Of a stretch of 60,266 nt of DNA, positions 47,639 through 57,436 are shown piece after piece. The notes below the pieces were generated by a model, which saw nothing but the letters and a program-made list of their open reading frames with translations, searched no databases and was not told the DNA's origin. This DNA comes from Bacteroidales bacterium. GTDB lineage: Bacteria > Bacteroidota > Bacteroidia > Bacteroidales > UBA932. Each line of letters starts with the position of its first letter. The first letter of the stretch is position 1. The position numbers were made by a program, and so were the translations under genes. The stretch spans positions 1 to 60,266 of the forward strand of contig JAGAHD010000026.1 of the NCBI GenBank assembly GCA_017627255.1. Direction: 5' to 3'.

Positions 47639-48112
47639 TTACTGCGTAAACTGGGCGAGGTCGATACCATCGAAGGAAAGGGTGGTACCGACGCCGCTCT
47701 TGAGTTTGACATGGAGCTTGATATCAACAGTCATGCCATCCATGGACCGCTTGGCCGCCATGGCCAGCAGGTCCAGGAAGGAGACCTTGTCGGAAAGGAC
47801 AGCGGTACACGGCAGTTCATATACCTGCTCGCTGCGTTCCTGGACAGGAAGCTCCCCGGTCGTGAAACGGATCATCTCGCGGTCATAGTATTTCACCGTT
47901 CCCTCCGTATTTTTCACGGTGAAGGAGATGGAAGGGTTGTCCAGCCCCAGCAGCAGGACTGCATCCAGGGAACGGGAGGATGTGGGGACGATGTACTTGA
48001 CGCCCACTGACGACACGCTGAGGTCTTTCAGCTTGGACACGCCGCACCCGCCGGCAAGGATTGCCGAGAGACAGAGGGCAAGAGCCAGGAGGATGGGACG
48101 TATCCGTTTCAT
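47639..48112 (-). CDS. Lipoprotein, LEA type 2-like fold
   Basis: Lipobox AGGC; LGLDNP and a beta-rich pattern; promoter TATCTTTG at 48138-48145. Confidence 0.6.
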   Translation of the reverse strand: MKRIRPILLALALCLSAILAGGCGVSKLKDLSVSSVGVKYIVPTSSRSLDAVLLLGLDNPSISFTVKNTEGTVKYYDREMIRFTTGELPVQERSEQVYELPCTAVLSDKVSFLDLLAMAAKRSMDGMTVDIKLHVKLKSGVGTTLSFDGIDLAQFTQ

Positions 48113-48325
48113 GTCATTCTATCCGGTTGATGGTTTGCAAAGATAGCAAAAATCTCAGACAATCACTTTGTTCTTCTTATACAAGATACGATCGATTCTT
48201 TCCACGCTGTCACCGACAATACGGCATGTTGGATTCCTTGTGGGGCATACAACTGTCCTGTGACGTCCTTCGATGCAGGAAAAGTCTTTTCCTGATCGTA
48301 CAGGGCTTCTCTTCCCCTGACCGGA

Positions 48326-48438
48326 AAAGAAGAGACTGACCGAAAAGAGATTCTTCGGCAGGTCGGACCTGTTTCAACATGACAGGAGACTGTCATCCTG
48401 AACGGAGTGAAGAATCTTTTGGGGTCAGTCTCTTCTTT
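48326..48438. repeat. 113-bp nested palindromic element (terminator-like arms enclosing REP-like units)
   Basis: Perfect 16-bp arms aaagaagagactgacc / ggtcagtctcttcttt; inner pairs agattcttc/gaagaatct and atgaca/tgtcat. Confidence 0.75.
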
Positions 48439-48451
48439 ATTGGGTCGCCGT

Positions 48452-49360
48452 CTACTTTACGGACATGACCGCAGAAGCGATGGAATTCAGTTTCACATCC
48501 ACGGAATCGGCGCGGGAAGCCAGGATGCAGGGCACCTTGGTGCCTACGAGGAAACCGGCCTGGCGGACACCCTTGCAAAGCTTGGAATTGGTCTTCCAGA
48601 AGACATTGCCGGACTCGATGTTCGGGAACAGCAGGCAATCGGCATCGCCGGCCACGGGGCTGACGAGTTTCTTGATTTGGACGGATTCCTGGTCAATGGC
48701 GACATCCAGGGCAAGCGGGCCGTCACCGATGCAGCCCTTGATCTGGCCGCGGTCGCACATCTTGGCCAACTGGGCGGCCTCGATGCAGGCAGGCATGGAA
48801 TCGAGCATCTGCTCGGAAGCGGCGAGGAAGGCGATCTTCGGCTTGGCGATGCCGAAGGATTTGGCGGTTGCCACCAGATAGCCGGCCAGTTTGACTTTCT
48901 GGCGGAAATCCGGAAGCGGAATCACGGCCATGTCGGAGATGAAGATCAGCTTGTGGTAGTTCGGATTCTCGATCACGCCCACATGGCTCAGCACGCCCTT
49001 CGGAGGAAGGAGGCCGGTTTCCTTGTTCAGGATGGCGCGGAGGAACTTGTCCGTGGAGCAAAGCCCCTTCATGAGCACCTCTCCTTCGCCGTCATGGACC
49101 ATCCTCACGGCTTCGGCGACAGCCTTCAGCTCGTCCTTGACGTCCACGATTTCGAATTTGGCGACATCGATATTGTTTTCGGCGCAGACCTTCCGGATCA
49201 GGTCCTCGTCACCCACAAGGGTGCACTTGACGAACCCCTGGTCCGTCGCGAGGGAAGCTGCTTCAATCGTATGCTCGTCGACAGCCCACGCTGCCACCAT
49301 CTTCTTGCAGATGTTCTTCGCCTTGAGCTCGGCGAAGAGGTCTTGAAAATTCTGGATCAT
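48452..49360 (-). CDS. Phosphate acyltransferase, phosphate butyryltransferase (Ptb)-type
   Basis: LMKG, LSHV, DGPLALDVAI, PNIESGN, ASRADS. Start ATG 49360. Confidence 0.88.
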   Translation of the reverse strand: MIQNFQDLFAELKAKNICKKMVAAWAVDEHTIEAASLATDQGFVKCTLVGDEDLIRKVCAENNIDVAKFEIVDVKDELKAVAEAVRMVHDGEGEVLMKGLCSTDKFLRAILNKETGLLPPKGVLSHVGVIENPNYHKLIFISDMAVIPLPDFRQKVKLAGYLVATAKSFGIAKPKIAFLAASEQMLDSMPACIEAAQLAKMCDRGQIKGCIGDGPLALDVAIDQESVQIKKLVSPVAGDADCLLFPNIESGNVFWKTNSKLCKGVRQAGFLVGTKVPCILASRADSVDVKLNSIASAVMSVK

Positions 49361-49367
49361 ATGTTTA

Positions 49368-50582
49368 TCAGTCTTGGTTTTCGAGAACAAGGTGCATGGT
49401 GTCGCGGGCGATGACGAGTTCTTCGTTCGTGCAGATGAGGGCGGCCTTCACCGCGGAATCCTCAGTCGTAATGATCGTATCCTCGCCGGAAGCCACGTTG
49501 GCTTCGTAATCCACTTTGAGTCCGAGATACGAGAAATTCTCAAGGACCCGGCGGCGCAGGCGGCTGTTGTGTTCCCCGATACCGCCGGTGAAGACGATGA
49601 GGTCCACGCCGTTCATCGCAGCGACATAAGAGCCGATATTCTTGATAATGTCATACGTGAACTTCTTGAAGGCAAGCTTGGCCTTGGGGTCGCCGCCGTT
49701 GGCCAGGGCATCCAGTTCACGGGCGTCCGAAGTCTTCTCGGAGATGCCGAGGAAACCGGACTTGCGGTTCAGGATGACAGACATCTCGTCAGGGGTCACC
49801 CCGAGCTTGTTCTCCAGATAGATGACAGCATTGGCATCGATGTTGCCCACGCGGGTTCCCATCACCATTCCCTCCAGCGGGGAGAAACCCATGGAAGTAT
49901 CCACGCACTTGCCGTTGTGGATGGCGCAGATGGAACTGCCGGCACCCAGATGGCAAGTGATGATCTTGGATGCGTTCACATCCAGTCCGGCCAGCTTGGC
50001 ACCGACCCCGGCGACAAACTGGTGGGAGGTACCATGGGCACCGTACCGGCGGACGCGGTATTTCTCGTAATAACTGTACGGGAGGCCGTACATGTAGGCA
50101 TAGGACGGCATCGTCTGATGGAAAGCCGTATCGAAGGTAACAACCTGGGGAACGGTCGGAAGGACATGCTGGATGGCCCGGATGCCCAGCAGGTGGGCCG
50201 GATTGTGGAGCGGGGCGAAATCACTGCAGAAGTCAATCTTTTCGAGGACATCGTCATCCACGATAGCGGATCCGGAGAAGAAATCGCCGCCCTGGACGAT
50301 GCGGTGACCGACAGCCTCAATGTCCTCGAGGGACCTCAGCACACCGGTTCCGGGGGCGGTAAGGGCCTCCAGGATGAGCTGCATACCTACCTTATGGTCA
50401 GGAATCGGGAGATCCCGGACAATCTTGTCACGGCCGGTAGGGGCATACTGGAGGACTCCGGCAGGAAGACCGATCTTCTCTGCGATACCTTTGGCGATGA
50501 CATCATACACGTCATCGTTCTTCATATCAAGCAACTGATACTTGATGGAAGAACTTCCGCAATTGATTACAAGAATGATCAT
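49368..50582 (-). CDS. ackA: Acetate/propionate kinase
   Basis: INCGSSSIKYQL, GHR, APLHNP, FDTAFH, YGAHGTSH, FTGGIGE, TNEE. Confidence 0.94.
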   Translation of the reverse strand: MIILVINCGSSSIKYQLLDMKNDDVYDVIAKGIAEKIGLPAGVLQYAPTGRDKIVRDLPIPDHKVGMQLILEALTAPGTGVLRSLEDIEAVGHRIVQGGDFFSGSAIVDDDVLEKIDFCSDFAPLHNPAHLLGIRAIQHVLPTVPQVVTFDTAFHQTMPSYAYMYGLPYSYYEKYRVRRYGAHGTSHQFVAGVGAKLAGLDVNASKIITCHLGAGSSICAIHNGKCVDTSMGFSPLEGMVMGTRVGNIDANAVIYLENKLGVTPDEMSVILNRKSGFLGISEKTSDARELDALANGGDPKAKLAFKKFTYDIIKNIGSYVAAMNGVDLIVFTGGIGEHNSRLRRRVLENFSYLGLKVDYEANVASGEDTIITTEDSAVKAALICTNEELVIARDTMHLVLENQD

Positions 50583-50666
50583 ATTGAATAAAACTGTTTG
50601 TTTTTTCGGGTTAATGTTTGCAAAGTTAATAAATTATTCGCTATTTTAGCGTTAAAGTTGAACGAA

Positions 50667-51731
50667 ATGGCTGAGGCGAGAAGCATAGAGGCGCTGTCGT
50701 TCCATTTCACGGCCGGCGTGGCTGCCGGAACCCTCCTTTCGGGAGCGTTTCGAAGCCCGTGGATCCTTTCCGGCGGTGTTTTCCTGGTCATAGCCCTCTG
50801 GACGGCGTCCCTCCTGCGAAAGGAGGGAAGGGAACGGCTCGTCCTCCCCCTGTTCCTCCTCTGCGGGTTATCCTGCGCCCTGTCTGCTTCGGTCTCCGGG
50901 CCGTTCCTTCCGGGGGGCACCTTGGGAAAGATCGCATCGGAAGCCGCCACCCGGCTCCGGCAGCACATAGACGGGATTCCTTTTGCTTCCGAAGAGACAG
51001 CCCCGCTGTTGAAAGCGCTCCTCACCGGAGACAGGAGCGCCCTTTCCCGCGAAACGGTACATGCCTTCCGGGACAGCGGCGCCTCCCATCTCCTCGCGCT
51101 TTCAGGACTTCACATGGGCATTCTCTACCTGTTCCTGTCCCGTCTCACCTGGATCGCCGGTTCCTCTCCGCGCATCCGTGCCCTCCGGTACGGACTCATG
51201 GTCACGGCTGCCGCTTTCTTCACACTCATGGCCGGAGCATCCCCTTCCCTCGTCCGGGCGTTCCTGTTCATCCTGATCAACGAGACGCTCCGGATCCTCG
51301 GACGACCGAAAGACCCTGTCCGGGTCCTCTCGGCAGCCCTCCTCATCCAGCTGGCTGCAGACCCGTCCGTCATCCGGTCGACCGGTTTCCAGCTCTCATA
51401 CCTCGCCATGGCCGGTATTTTCCTGCTTTATCCCCATCTGGAACGCTGGTATCCCGAAGGCGGACGGTTCAATCCCCTGCGGAAAGTCTGGCAGACGGCC
51501 GCCCTCTCGGTTTCCTGCCAGGTTTTCACCGGCCCGCTTGCCTGGATCCGGTTCCACAGCTTTCCGGTCCACTTCCTGCTGACGAACCTTCTTGCCATTC
51601 CACTGACGACCCTCCTCATGGGGAGTGCCGTCCTCATGCTGGTAACCGGATCGCCGGCCTTCCTGGCTTCCCTGACGGACCGGCTTGCCCGCCTCCTTTC
51701 GGAATGCCTCCGGATTATTGCTTCAATGTGA
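50667..51731 (+). CDS. comEC: ComEC/Rec2 competence membrane protein (short form)
   Basis: GASHLLALSGLHMG, SPSLVRA, GFQLSYLA. Start ATG 50667. Confidence 0.88.
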   Translation: MAEARSIEALSFHFTAGVAAGTLLSGAFRSPWILSGGVFLVIALWTASLLRKEGRERLVLPLFLLCGLSCALSASVSGPFLPGGTLGKIASEAATRLRQHIDGIPFASEETAPLLKALLTGDRSALSRETVHAFRDSGASHLLALSGLHMGILYLFLSRLTWIAGSSPRIRALRYGLMVTAAAFFTLMAGASPSLVRAFLFILINETLRILGRPKDPVRVLSAALLIQLAADPSVIRSTGFQLSYLAMAGIFLLYPHLERWYPEGGRFNPLRKVWQTAALSVSCQVFTGPLAWIRFHSFPVHFLLTNLLAIPLTTLLMGSAVLMLVTGSPAFLASLTDRLARLLSECLRIIASM

Positions 51732-52752
51732 ATCCCGGCGTGGCCCATTCCGCCATAGTGCCGTCTTCCGCCGTATAGATGAGATATCCCTCCAGGCCGT
51801 CTCCGGACAGCAGCAACTCCCGGGACTCTTCAAGGCCGATGACCATGCACCAGGTGGCCAGGGCGTCCGCATCAGCTGCGCCCTCAGGGCTTACCACCGT
51901 GGCGCTCAGGAGGTTATGTTCCACCGGATACCCTTTCCGGGGGTCAATGGTATGGGCGTATTTCCGCCCGTTGCGGATATAATACTTGCGATAATTGCCG
52001 GAGGTGACGATGCCGCAAGGGCCGCCCGGACTCTGCCAGATACCGTCGAGATCCTTTCCCAGGGCGTCCGAGCCGTCATCCGGACGGTCGAAGGGCCGGT
52101 CCACTCCGACGCTCCAGGGAAGCCCGGAAGGATTGTGCCCGTCACACCAGATTTCCCCGATATCCACCAGCATGTCCTTCACTCCCAGGGAATACAGGTA
52201 CTTCGCTACCACATCGCAGCTGTATCCTTGGGCGATGGCATTGAAATTCAGCCGCGGAAAGCCCAGTCCGGCCGGATCCAGCCAGCCGTCTTCCAACGGC
52301 AGTTCCCGCGGGAGAAGATGCATCCCGCCTGAAGAGAGAAGCGAGACCACTTCCCCGTCCGACGGCATCTCCCCTTCCCGGAATCCGAATCCCCATGCGT
52401 CGAAAAGCGGGCCCGCCGCAAAGTCCAACGCCCCTCCGGAACGTTCATACCATGCATAGGCGGCGTCATACATGTTCAGGAACAGGGCATTCGGCCGTAT
52501 AGCCTCCCCGGCATTGAAACGGGAGAGCAGGGAGCCCTTGTTATAGCCGGACAGTGTCGTGTCAATGTCCGTCAGGATTGCCTCAACGCTGTCACGTATC
52601 GTCTCCGGAGAAACGCCCACGCCCCGCAGATTGAGCTTGACGCTGTATACCCCTCCCTGGGCGTGACCCGAAATCTGGATAAAGCGGTCCCGCTCCCCGC
52701 AGCCGGTCAGCAGCAGGAGAAGCCCAAGGACCATGGACACCGTTTTTTTCAT
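51715..52752 (-). CDS. apbE: FAD:protein FMN transferase (ApbE)
   Basis: Lipobox LTGC, NAIAQGY, DIGE, TSGNYR, HTIDPRKG, ADALAT. Start ATG 52752. Confidence 0.93.
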   Translation of the reverse strand: MKKTVSMVLGLLLLLTGCGERDRFIQISGHAQGGVYSVKLNLRGVGVSPETIRDSVEAILTDIDTTLSGYNKGSLLSRFNAGEAIRPNALFLNMYDAAYAWYERSGGALDFAAGPLFDAWGFGFREGEMPSDGEVVSLLSSGGMHLLPRELPLEDGWLDPAGLGFPRLNFNAIAQGYSCDVVAKYLYSLGVKDMLVDIGEIWCDGHNPSGLPWSVGVDRPFDRPDDGSDALGKDLDGIWQSPGGPCGIVTSGNYRKYYIRNGRKYAHTIDPRKGYPVEHNLLSATVVSPEGAADADALATWCMVIGLEESRELLLSGDGLEGYLIYTAEDGTMAEWATPGFTLKQ

Positions 52753-52818
52753 CTTGGCAACATATTTGCACAAAATTAAGATAAAATCACGATATTTGCA
52801 GATTGTATACAGAAGAAT

Positions 52819-53772
52819 ATGAAAAGAAACATTTGGATTCCCATAGCCCTGGCCGTTCTCCTCGCCGCCCCTTCCTGCAAGAAAGACGAGGAAACATCGA
52901 CGAACAAACCCAGTCTCTATGGTCTTGATTTCAACCTCCCTTCGTTCGGTCGTGTCGGAGACACCTTCGTCATGACCCCTACGGGAGTTATGACCAGCGA
53001 CGGAAAAGAATCCGGCCACCTGACCTACAAATGGAAACTCTCCGGCGGGGAGTATCAGGAAACGGAACGGTTCACCTTTACCGCCGAAGAAGACGGATCC
53101 TATACCGTGACCTGCCTGGTGCTGGATGACGATGACAATTACTATAGCAGCACGGCTTCCCATACCATCGACATTATCGACCCGACCCTGGGCAACACCA
53201 TCGCCAATATCGGCATCACCCCGCGGGAAGACCATTTCGTCGATCCGCGCGGAGATAGGGAGGAAGAGAACACGTACTACTACATGACCGCCGGAGACCT
53301 GGAATGGATGCGCAACAACCTGGCGTGGACCGGTGCGGGCGTCCCGTACCAGATGGCGGAAGTCACGTCCTACCTCCTGGGGCGCTATTATACATGGGAT
53401 GAAGCCATGACCGCATGTCCGGACGGCTGGCGGCTCCCCACCGACGAAGAGTGGGCCGTATTCGGCGATGATGCCGGCGCCCTGATGGCCGACGCCCTTT
53501 TCCATGACAAGAAGATGTGGGAATTCTGGCCGCAGGTCAACCTGACCAATAAGAGCCGCATGTCCGTCATTCCTTCCGGCTACGCCATCATCGGTCCCAC
53601 CACCCCTTCGTTCAACCGGATGAGCGAGTATGCCGCCTTCTGGACAGCCACCGAATCGGAAGAAGACTCCTCCATGGCCCGCTACCGGTATATGAATGCG
53701 AAAACGCCGCAAGTCATGATGACCTACGGCGACAAAAAGACACTTGCGCTTTCGGTGCGCTGTGTGAAATAG
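52819..53772 (+). CDS. Lipoprotein with PKD-like and FISUMP (Fibrobacter succinogenes major paralogous) domains
   Basis: Lipobox APSC; FVDPR, WMRNNL, GRYYTW, CPDGWRLPT, FWTAT, SVRCVK. Confidence 0.88.
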   Translation: MKRNIWIPIALAVLLAAPSCKKDEETSTNKPSLYGLDFNLPSFGRVGDTFVMTPTGVMTSDGKESGHLTYKWKLSGGEYQETERFTFTAEEDGSYTVTCLVLDDDDNYYSSTASHTIDIIDPTLGNTIANIGITPREDHFVDPRGDREEENTYYYMTAGDLEWMRNNLAWTGAGVPYQMAEVTSYLLGRYYTWDEAMTACPDGWRLPTDEEWAVFGDDAGALMADALFHDKKMWEFWPQVNLTNKSRMSVIPSGYAIIGPTTPSFNRMSEYAAFWTATESEEDSSMARYRYMNAKTPQVMMTYGDKKTLALSVRCVK

Positions 53773-53774
53773 CG

Positions 53775-54305
53775 CTATCTCAAATCAGTGACGACATAAG
53801 AAGCAGGAAGCGATTTTCCGTCCATCGGGAAATCGCTTTTCCCTTTCTTGTCCATGAAACGGATCCCGGTCAACACGAACCGGGCAGACGTCGTTTCGTC
53901 CAGGGTCAGCGTCACATCCAGGGAGTCGGATGTGGAATGATTGACCTTGATCCGGTCCATGTAAGCCCGGTAGGAGCTGATGAAAAGGGCGGGATTGGTA
54001 AAGATGTCTTCCTTCTCGACGGTTTCAATCAGCACCTCCTCCGCTTCCCGGTCCAGCGACCAGCGGGTCACCCCGTCACTCCGGATCTCCAGCCCGAGTC
54101 CCGAAAGCAGGAAGGCATTGTCCTCGACGGTCACCTGCCCGTCCGTCACCTGCGTCATCGGCCCTCCGTCACGGGAAAGGCTGTAGGTATAATGGAACTG
54201 CACCCGATGACCGGCGACCCGGTCCAGAATGGGAATACCGCCTTCCGCCCAGGCCGAGAGGCCGGCCAGGAAGGTCACGAGGGATAACATCATCTTTTTC
54301 ATCAT
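53775..54305 (-). CDS. LolA-like outer membrane lipoprotein chaperone
   Basis: Signal peptide; SDGVTRW...EV.I, NPALF and terminal DLR; follows ftsK. Confidence 0.7.
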   Translation of the reverse strand: MMKKMMLSLVTFLAGLSAWAEGGIPILDRVAGHRVQFHYTYSLSRDGGPMTQVTDGQVTVEDNAFLLSGLGLEIRSDGVTRWSLDREAEEVLIETVEKEDIFTNPALFISSYRAYMDRIKVNHSTSDSLDVTLTLDETTSARFVLTGIRFMDKKGKSDFPMDGKSLPASYVVTDLR

Positions 54306-56725
54306 TCACCGGACATGAAATGTTTCAGGATCTCGTCCAGTTCGTTGAAATCCTTCACGAGGACTTCACGGGGCTTGGAGCCGTTCTGGGGCCCCACGAT
54401 GCCGGCCGCTTCGAGCTGGTCCATTACTCTTCCTGCCTTTGCATAACCCATGCCAAGACGGCGCTGGAGATCCGAAGTCGATCCGCGCTGGCTCGTGACG
54501 ATGAGCCGGGCGGCTTCCTCGAAACGTTCGTCCAGCTGTTTCATGTCCACCATGCCGCCGGTCCCCTCATCTCCTTCGGCCGGAGCCGGTTCCGGAAGGT
54601 AGTAAGGGGTATTGTAGGACTTCTGGTAGCCGACTTGCCGGCCGACGGAATCGGTCAGGGCATTGATTTCATCATTGCCGATGAAGGCACACTGGAGCCG
54701 TTCCATTTCGACACCGCTGTACAGCAGCATGTCGCCCCGTCCGATCAGCTTGTCTGCACCGGGCTGGTCCAGGATGGTGGAAGAGTCGATGCGGGAAGTG
54801 ACGCGGAAGGCGATGCGCATCGGGAAGTTCGCCTTGATCAGGCCGGTAATCACGTCAACGGTAGGACGCTGGGTTGCCAGGATGACATGGAGGCCCGCCG
54901 CACGGCCCTTCTGAGCCAGACGGATGACCGATGTGGTGATGCTCCGGGCCAGCGCCTTGGACTCGGGACCTGCGCCTACGGACATGGTAAGGTCGGCATA
55001 CTCGTCGATCACCACGACGATATAGGGCAGGAAATGATGTCCTTCCGTCGGCAGCAGATGACGGTCCTTGTACTTCTCGTTATAGAGCTTGATGTTGTTC
55101 ACCATCGCTTTCGAAAGCAGTTCATAGCGGGCATCCATCTCCACGCACAGCGACTGGAGCACCGCCGCCGCACTCTTGGCGTTCTTCACGATAGCCTGGT
55201 CCCGCTCGTCTTCTGCACTGGCGGCATTCGGCAGCACGGCCAGGTAATGATTGAGCAGCTTGGCATAGGCGGAGAACTCGACCATCTTCGGGTCCACGAA
55301 GACAAACTTCAGTTCCGAAGGATGCTTGGCATACAGCAGGGACGCGACAATGACGTTCAGGCCCACGGACTTTCCTTGCTTGGTCGCACCGGCCACCAGG
55401 AGGTGGGGCGCATCCGCCAGGTCGAATACCTTGACCTTCTGGGAGATCGTATAGCCGATCGCCACGGGGAGTTCCGCCTTGCTGGAGCGGAACGCCTCAT
55501 CGTTGAGAAGAGACTTGAGCGGCACGATGGAAGCCGTGTCGTTAGCCACCTCGATACCCACCGAATCCGACAGGGTGACAATACGTACTCCCTTGGCATT
55601 CAGTGAAATGGCAATATCATCCTGCAACTGTCGGATCGCGGAGATCTTCACGCCGGGAGCCGGATACACCTTGTAGAGGGTAACGGTAGGACCGACAATG
55701 GCCGTCACGTCCCGTACCTGGATCTTGTAACTGGCCAGCGTCGCACGGATCTTATTGTTGTTGCGGTTCAGCTCGTCCTGGGACACTTCGTGGCGGGAGG
55801 AAGCATAATCCCCCAGGATATCCAGGGAAGGGAACTGGTATTTCGGGAGCTCGTCGCGGTTATTGATCCGCGGAAGGGGTTTCTTGACCTCACTGTCCAG
55901 AGTATTGTCCTTCACGACTTTGAAACTGTCGCCATCCGGAACCGTGGGCTTTTCTCCCTCCTTTTCCGTTCCATCAGGCGCCGGGACAGGAACCGTCGGA
56001 GGCACGACCGGATCCGGAACGGGAGCAGGGGTAGGAGCCGGACCAGGAGTCGGTTTGACGTCCGGTTCCGGAAGCGGATCCGGCTCCGGGGTCACTCCGC
56101 CTTTATCCGGGTCCGTTTCCCCGTTGCCAGCCGTTGTTCCCCTCACCCTTTCAGCAAAGCGGCTGCTGACAAAATACAGCCACAGTCCGGCAAGCGCGAG
56201 GAGCACAAGGCCCGTCACTATCACGCCGACCCAGTTGATGGCACCGTCCACCAGCGCCGCACCGGCACGGCCTCCCGGACCGCCGCCGAATACGGTATCC
56301 CACCCGGCCAGCCGGCCGATGAAGGCCAGAAGCCAGGATGCGAGGAACACTCCCGAAAAACAGGAGAAGAACCATTTCCCCAGCGGCAGGCGGCTCTTCC
56401 GATTCAGCAGACGGACGGACAGGGCCGCCAGGAAAGCCACGACCCCCAGCGCCGCGGCACCGAAGCTGCGGGTCACCAGGAAATGCCCCCATCGGAATCC
56501 CAGTTTGGAACTGACATTGTGGACTTCGACCTGCGGGTCCATCATGTCCGTCTCGGACAACAGACTGGCATCCTGCTTCCACGTGAAGAAGTAGGAGATG
56601 ACGGCAATGGCCGTAAAAACAGTCAACAGGGCCGTCAGGATGCCGAAAACGATCCGGTAGTCGGACCGTTTCTTCTCGTCCATGCCGGACCAGAGGGAAA
56701 GGGGATTCTTGAAGATGCGTCTCAT
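54302..56725 (-). CDS. ftsK: DNA translocase FtsK
   Basis: N-terminal TM domain, PHLLVAGATKQGKS, IDEYAD, LATQRP, gamma domain LQRRLGMGYAKAGR. Confidence 0.97.
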   Translation of the reverse strand: MRRIFKNPLSLWSGMDEKKRSDYRIVFGILTALLTVFTAIAVISYFFTWKQDASLLSETDMMDPQVEVHNVSSKLGFRWGHFLVTRSFGAAALGVVAFLAALSVRLLNRKSRLPLGKWFFSCFSGVFLASWLLAFIGRLAGWDTVFGGGPGGRAGAALVDGAINWVGVIVTGLVLLALAGLWLYFVSSRFAERVRGTTAGNGETDPDKGGVTPEPDPLPEPDVKPTPGPAPTPAPVPDPVVPPTVPVPAPDGTEKEGEKPTVPDGDSFKVVKDNTLDSEVKKPLPRINNRDELPKYQFPSLDILGDYASSRHEVSQDELNRNNNKIRATLASYKIQVRDVTAIVGPTVTLYKVYPAPGVKISAIRQLQDDIAISLNAKGVRIVTLSDSVGIEVANDTASIVPLKSLLNDEAFRSSKAELPVAIGYTISQKVKVFDLADAPHLLVAGATKQGKSVGLNVIVASLLYAKHPSELKFVFVDPKMVEFSAYAKLLNHYLAVLPNAASAEDERDQAIVKNAKSAAAVLQSLCVEMDARYELLSKAMVNNIKLYNEKYKDRHLLPTEGHHFLPYIVVVIDEYADLTMSVGAGPESKALARSITTSVIRLAQKGRAAGLHVILATQRPTVDVITGLIKANFPMRIAFRVTSRIDSSTILDQPGADKLIGRGDMLLYSGVEMERLQCAFIGNDEINALTDSVGRQVGYQKSYNTPYYLPEPAPAEGDEGTGGMVDMKQLDERFEEAARLIVTSQRGSTSDLQRRLGMGYAKAGRVMDQLEAAGIVGPQNGSKPREVLVKDFNELDEILKHFMSGE

Positions 56726-57397
56726 TTATTTCTTCTTGCCGTTCTTGCGGTTGTAATTGTTCCAGTTCTTCTTGCCGCCACCCCGGTTGAAACCCATGTT
56801 CATCCCCGGGCGGGAGAAATTGGCGCCGGCGTCAATCTTGGTCAGTTCAATGCCTTCCGGCACCTTGACACGACCGCCGGAGAGGCGCTCGATATCCTGG
56901 AAAATCGTCTGGTCTGCAACGGTGTCCTTGTTCCAGATCAGGTACTGCTGGCGCATGTAGATGGCCAGGGAACGGATCATGGCCGTCTTCACTTCCCCTT
57001 CCGGTTCGGAAGCGATCAGGTCGATGATGCTCTCAATATTGCGACCGTAATGACGGGCCTTGATGGGACGGGTTTCCAGGGGGATTGTCTCGGGACGGCT
57101 GTTCACGATCTCCGGAAGCGGAGCCGGATAGGGGCTGTCGATGTCCAGGTCATAACCGGCGATCATGTAAAGATGGTCCCAGAGTTTCTGCTCGAAATTC
57201 TCCTGCTGATGGACCTGCGGATTCAGGCTTTCCATGACCTTCACCACGGCCCGTGCCTGTTCGCTCCGTTTGCCGCGGTCTTCGATAGCCTTGAGCATCT
57301 CCACCATTTTCAGGACATTGCGGCCGTATTCAGGCATGCCCAGCCGCTCGACTTCCGTATTATAGTACAGTTTGATCGTATTCTCGTTTCCTTCCAT
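56726..57397 (-). CDS. DUF4290 domain-containing protein
   Basis: MPEYGRNV, KLWDHL, DIDSPY, HYGRNI, WNKD. Confidence 0.88.
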   Translation of the reverse strand: MEGNENTIKLYYNTEVERLGMPEYGRNVLKMVEMLKAIEDRGKRSEQARAVVKVMESLNPQVHQQENFEQKLWDHLYMIAGYDLDIDSPYPAPLPEIVNSRPETIPLETRPIKARHYGRNIESIIDLIASEPEGEVKTAMIRSLAIYMRQQYLIWNKDTVADQTIFQDIERLSGGRVKVPEGIELTKIDAGANFSRPGMNMGFNRGGGKKNWNNYNRKNGKKK

Positions 57398-57436
57398 ACA
57401 GACATTTTTAGAGTAAGGGACAAAGATAGTGATTTT

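Noticed and set aside
48163-48396. Small ORFs in the gap between the lipoprotein and ptb genes
   Set aside because: No recognisable motifs, and they run through palindromic non-coding elements.
52753-53712. 665-aa version of ApbE suggesting a fusion
   Set aside because: The extension is the antisense of the FISUMP gene; the signal peptide begins at 52752.
55930-56130. Pro-rich repetitive stretch in ftsK
   Set aside because: Normal variable FtsK linker.
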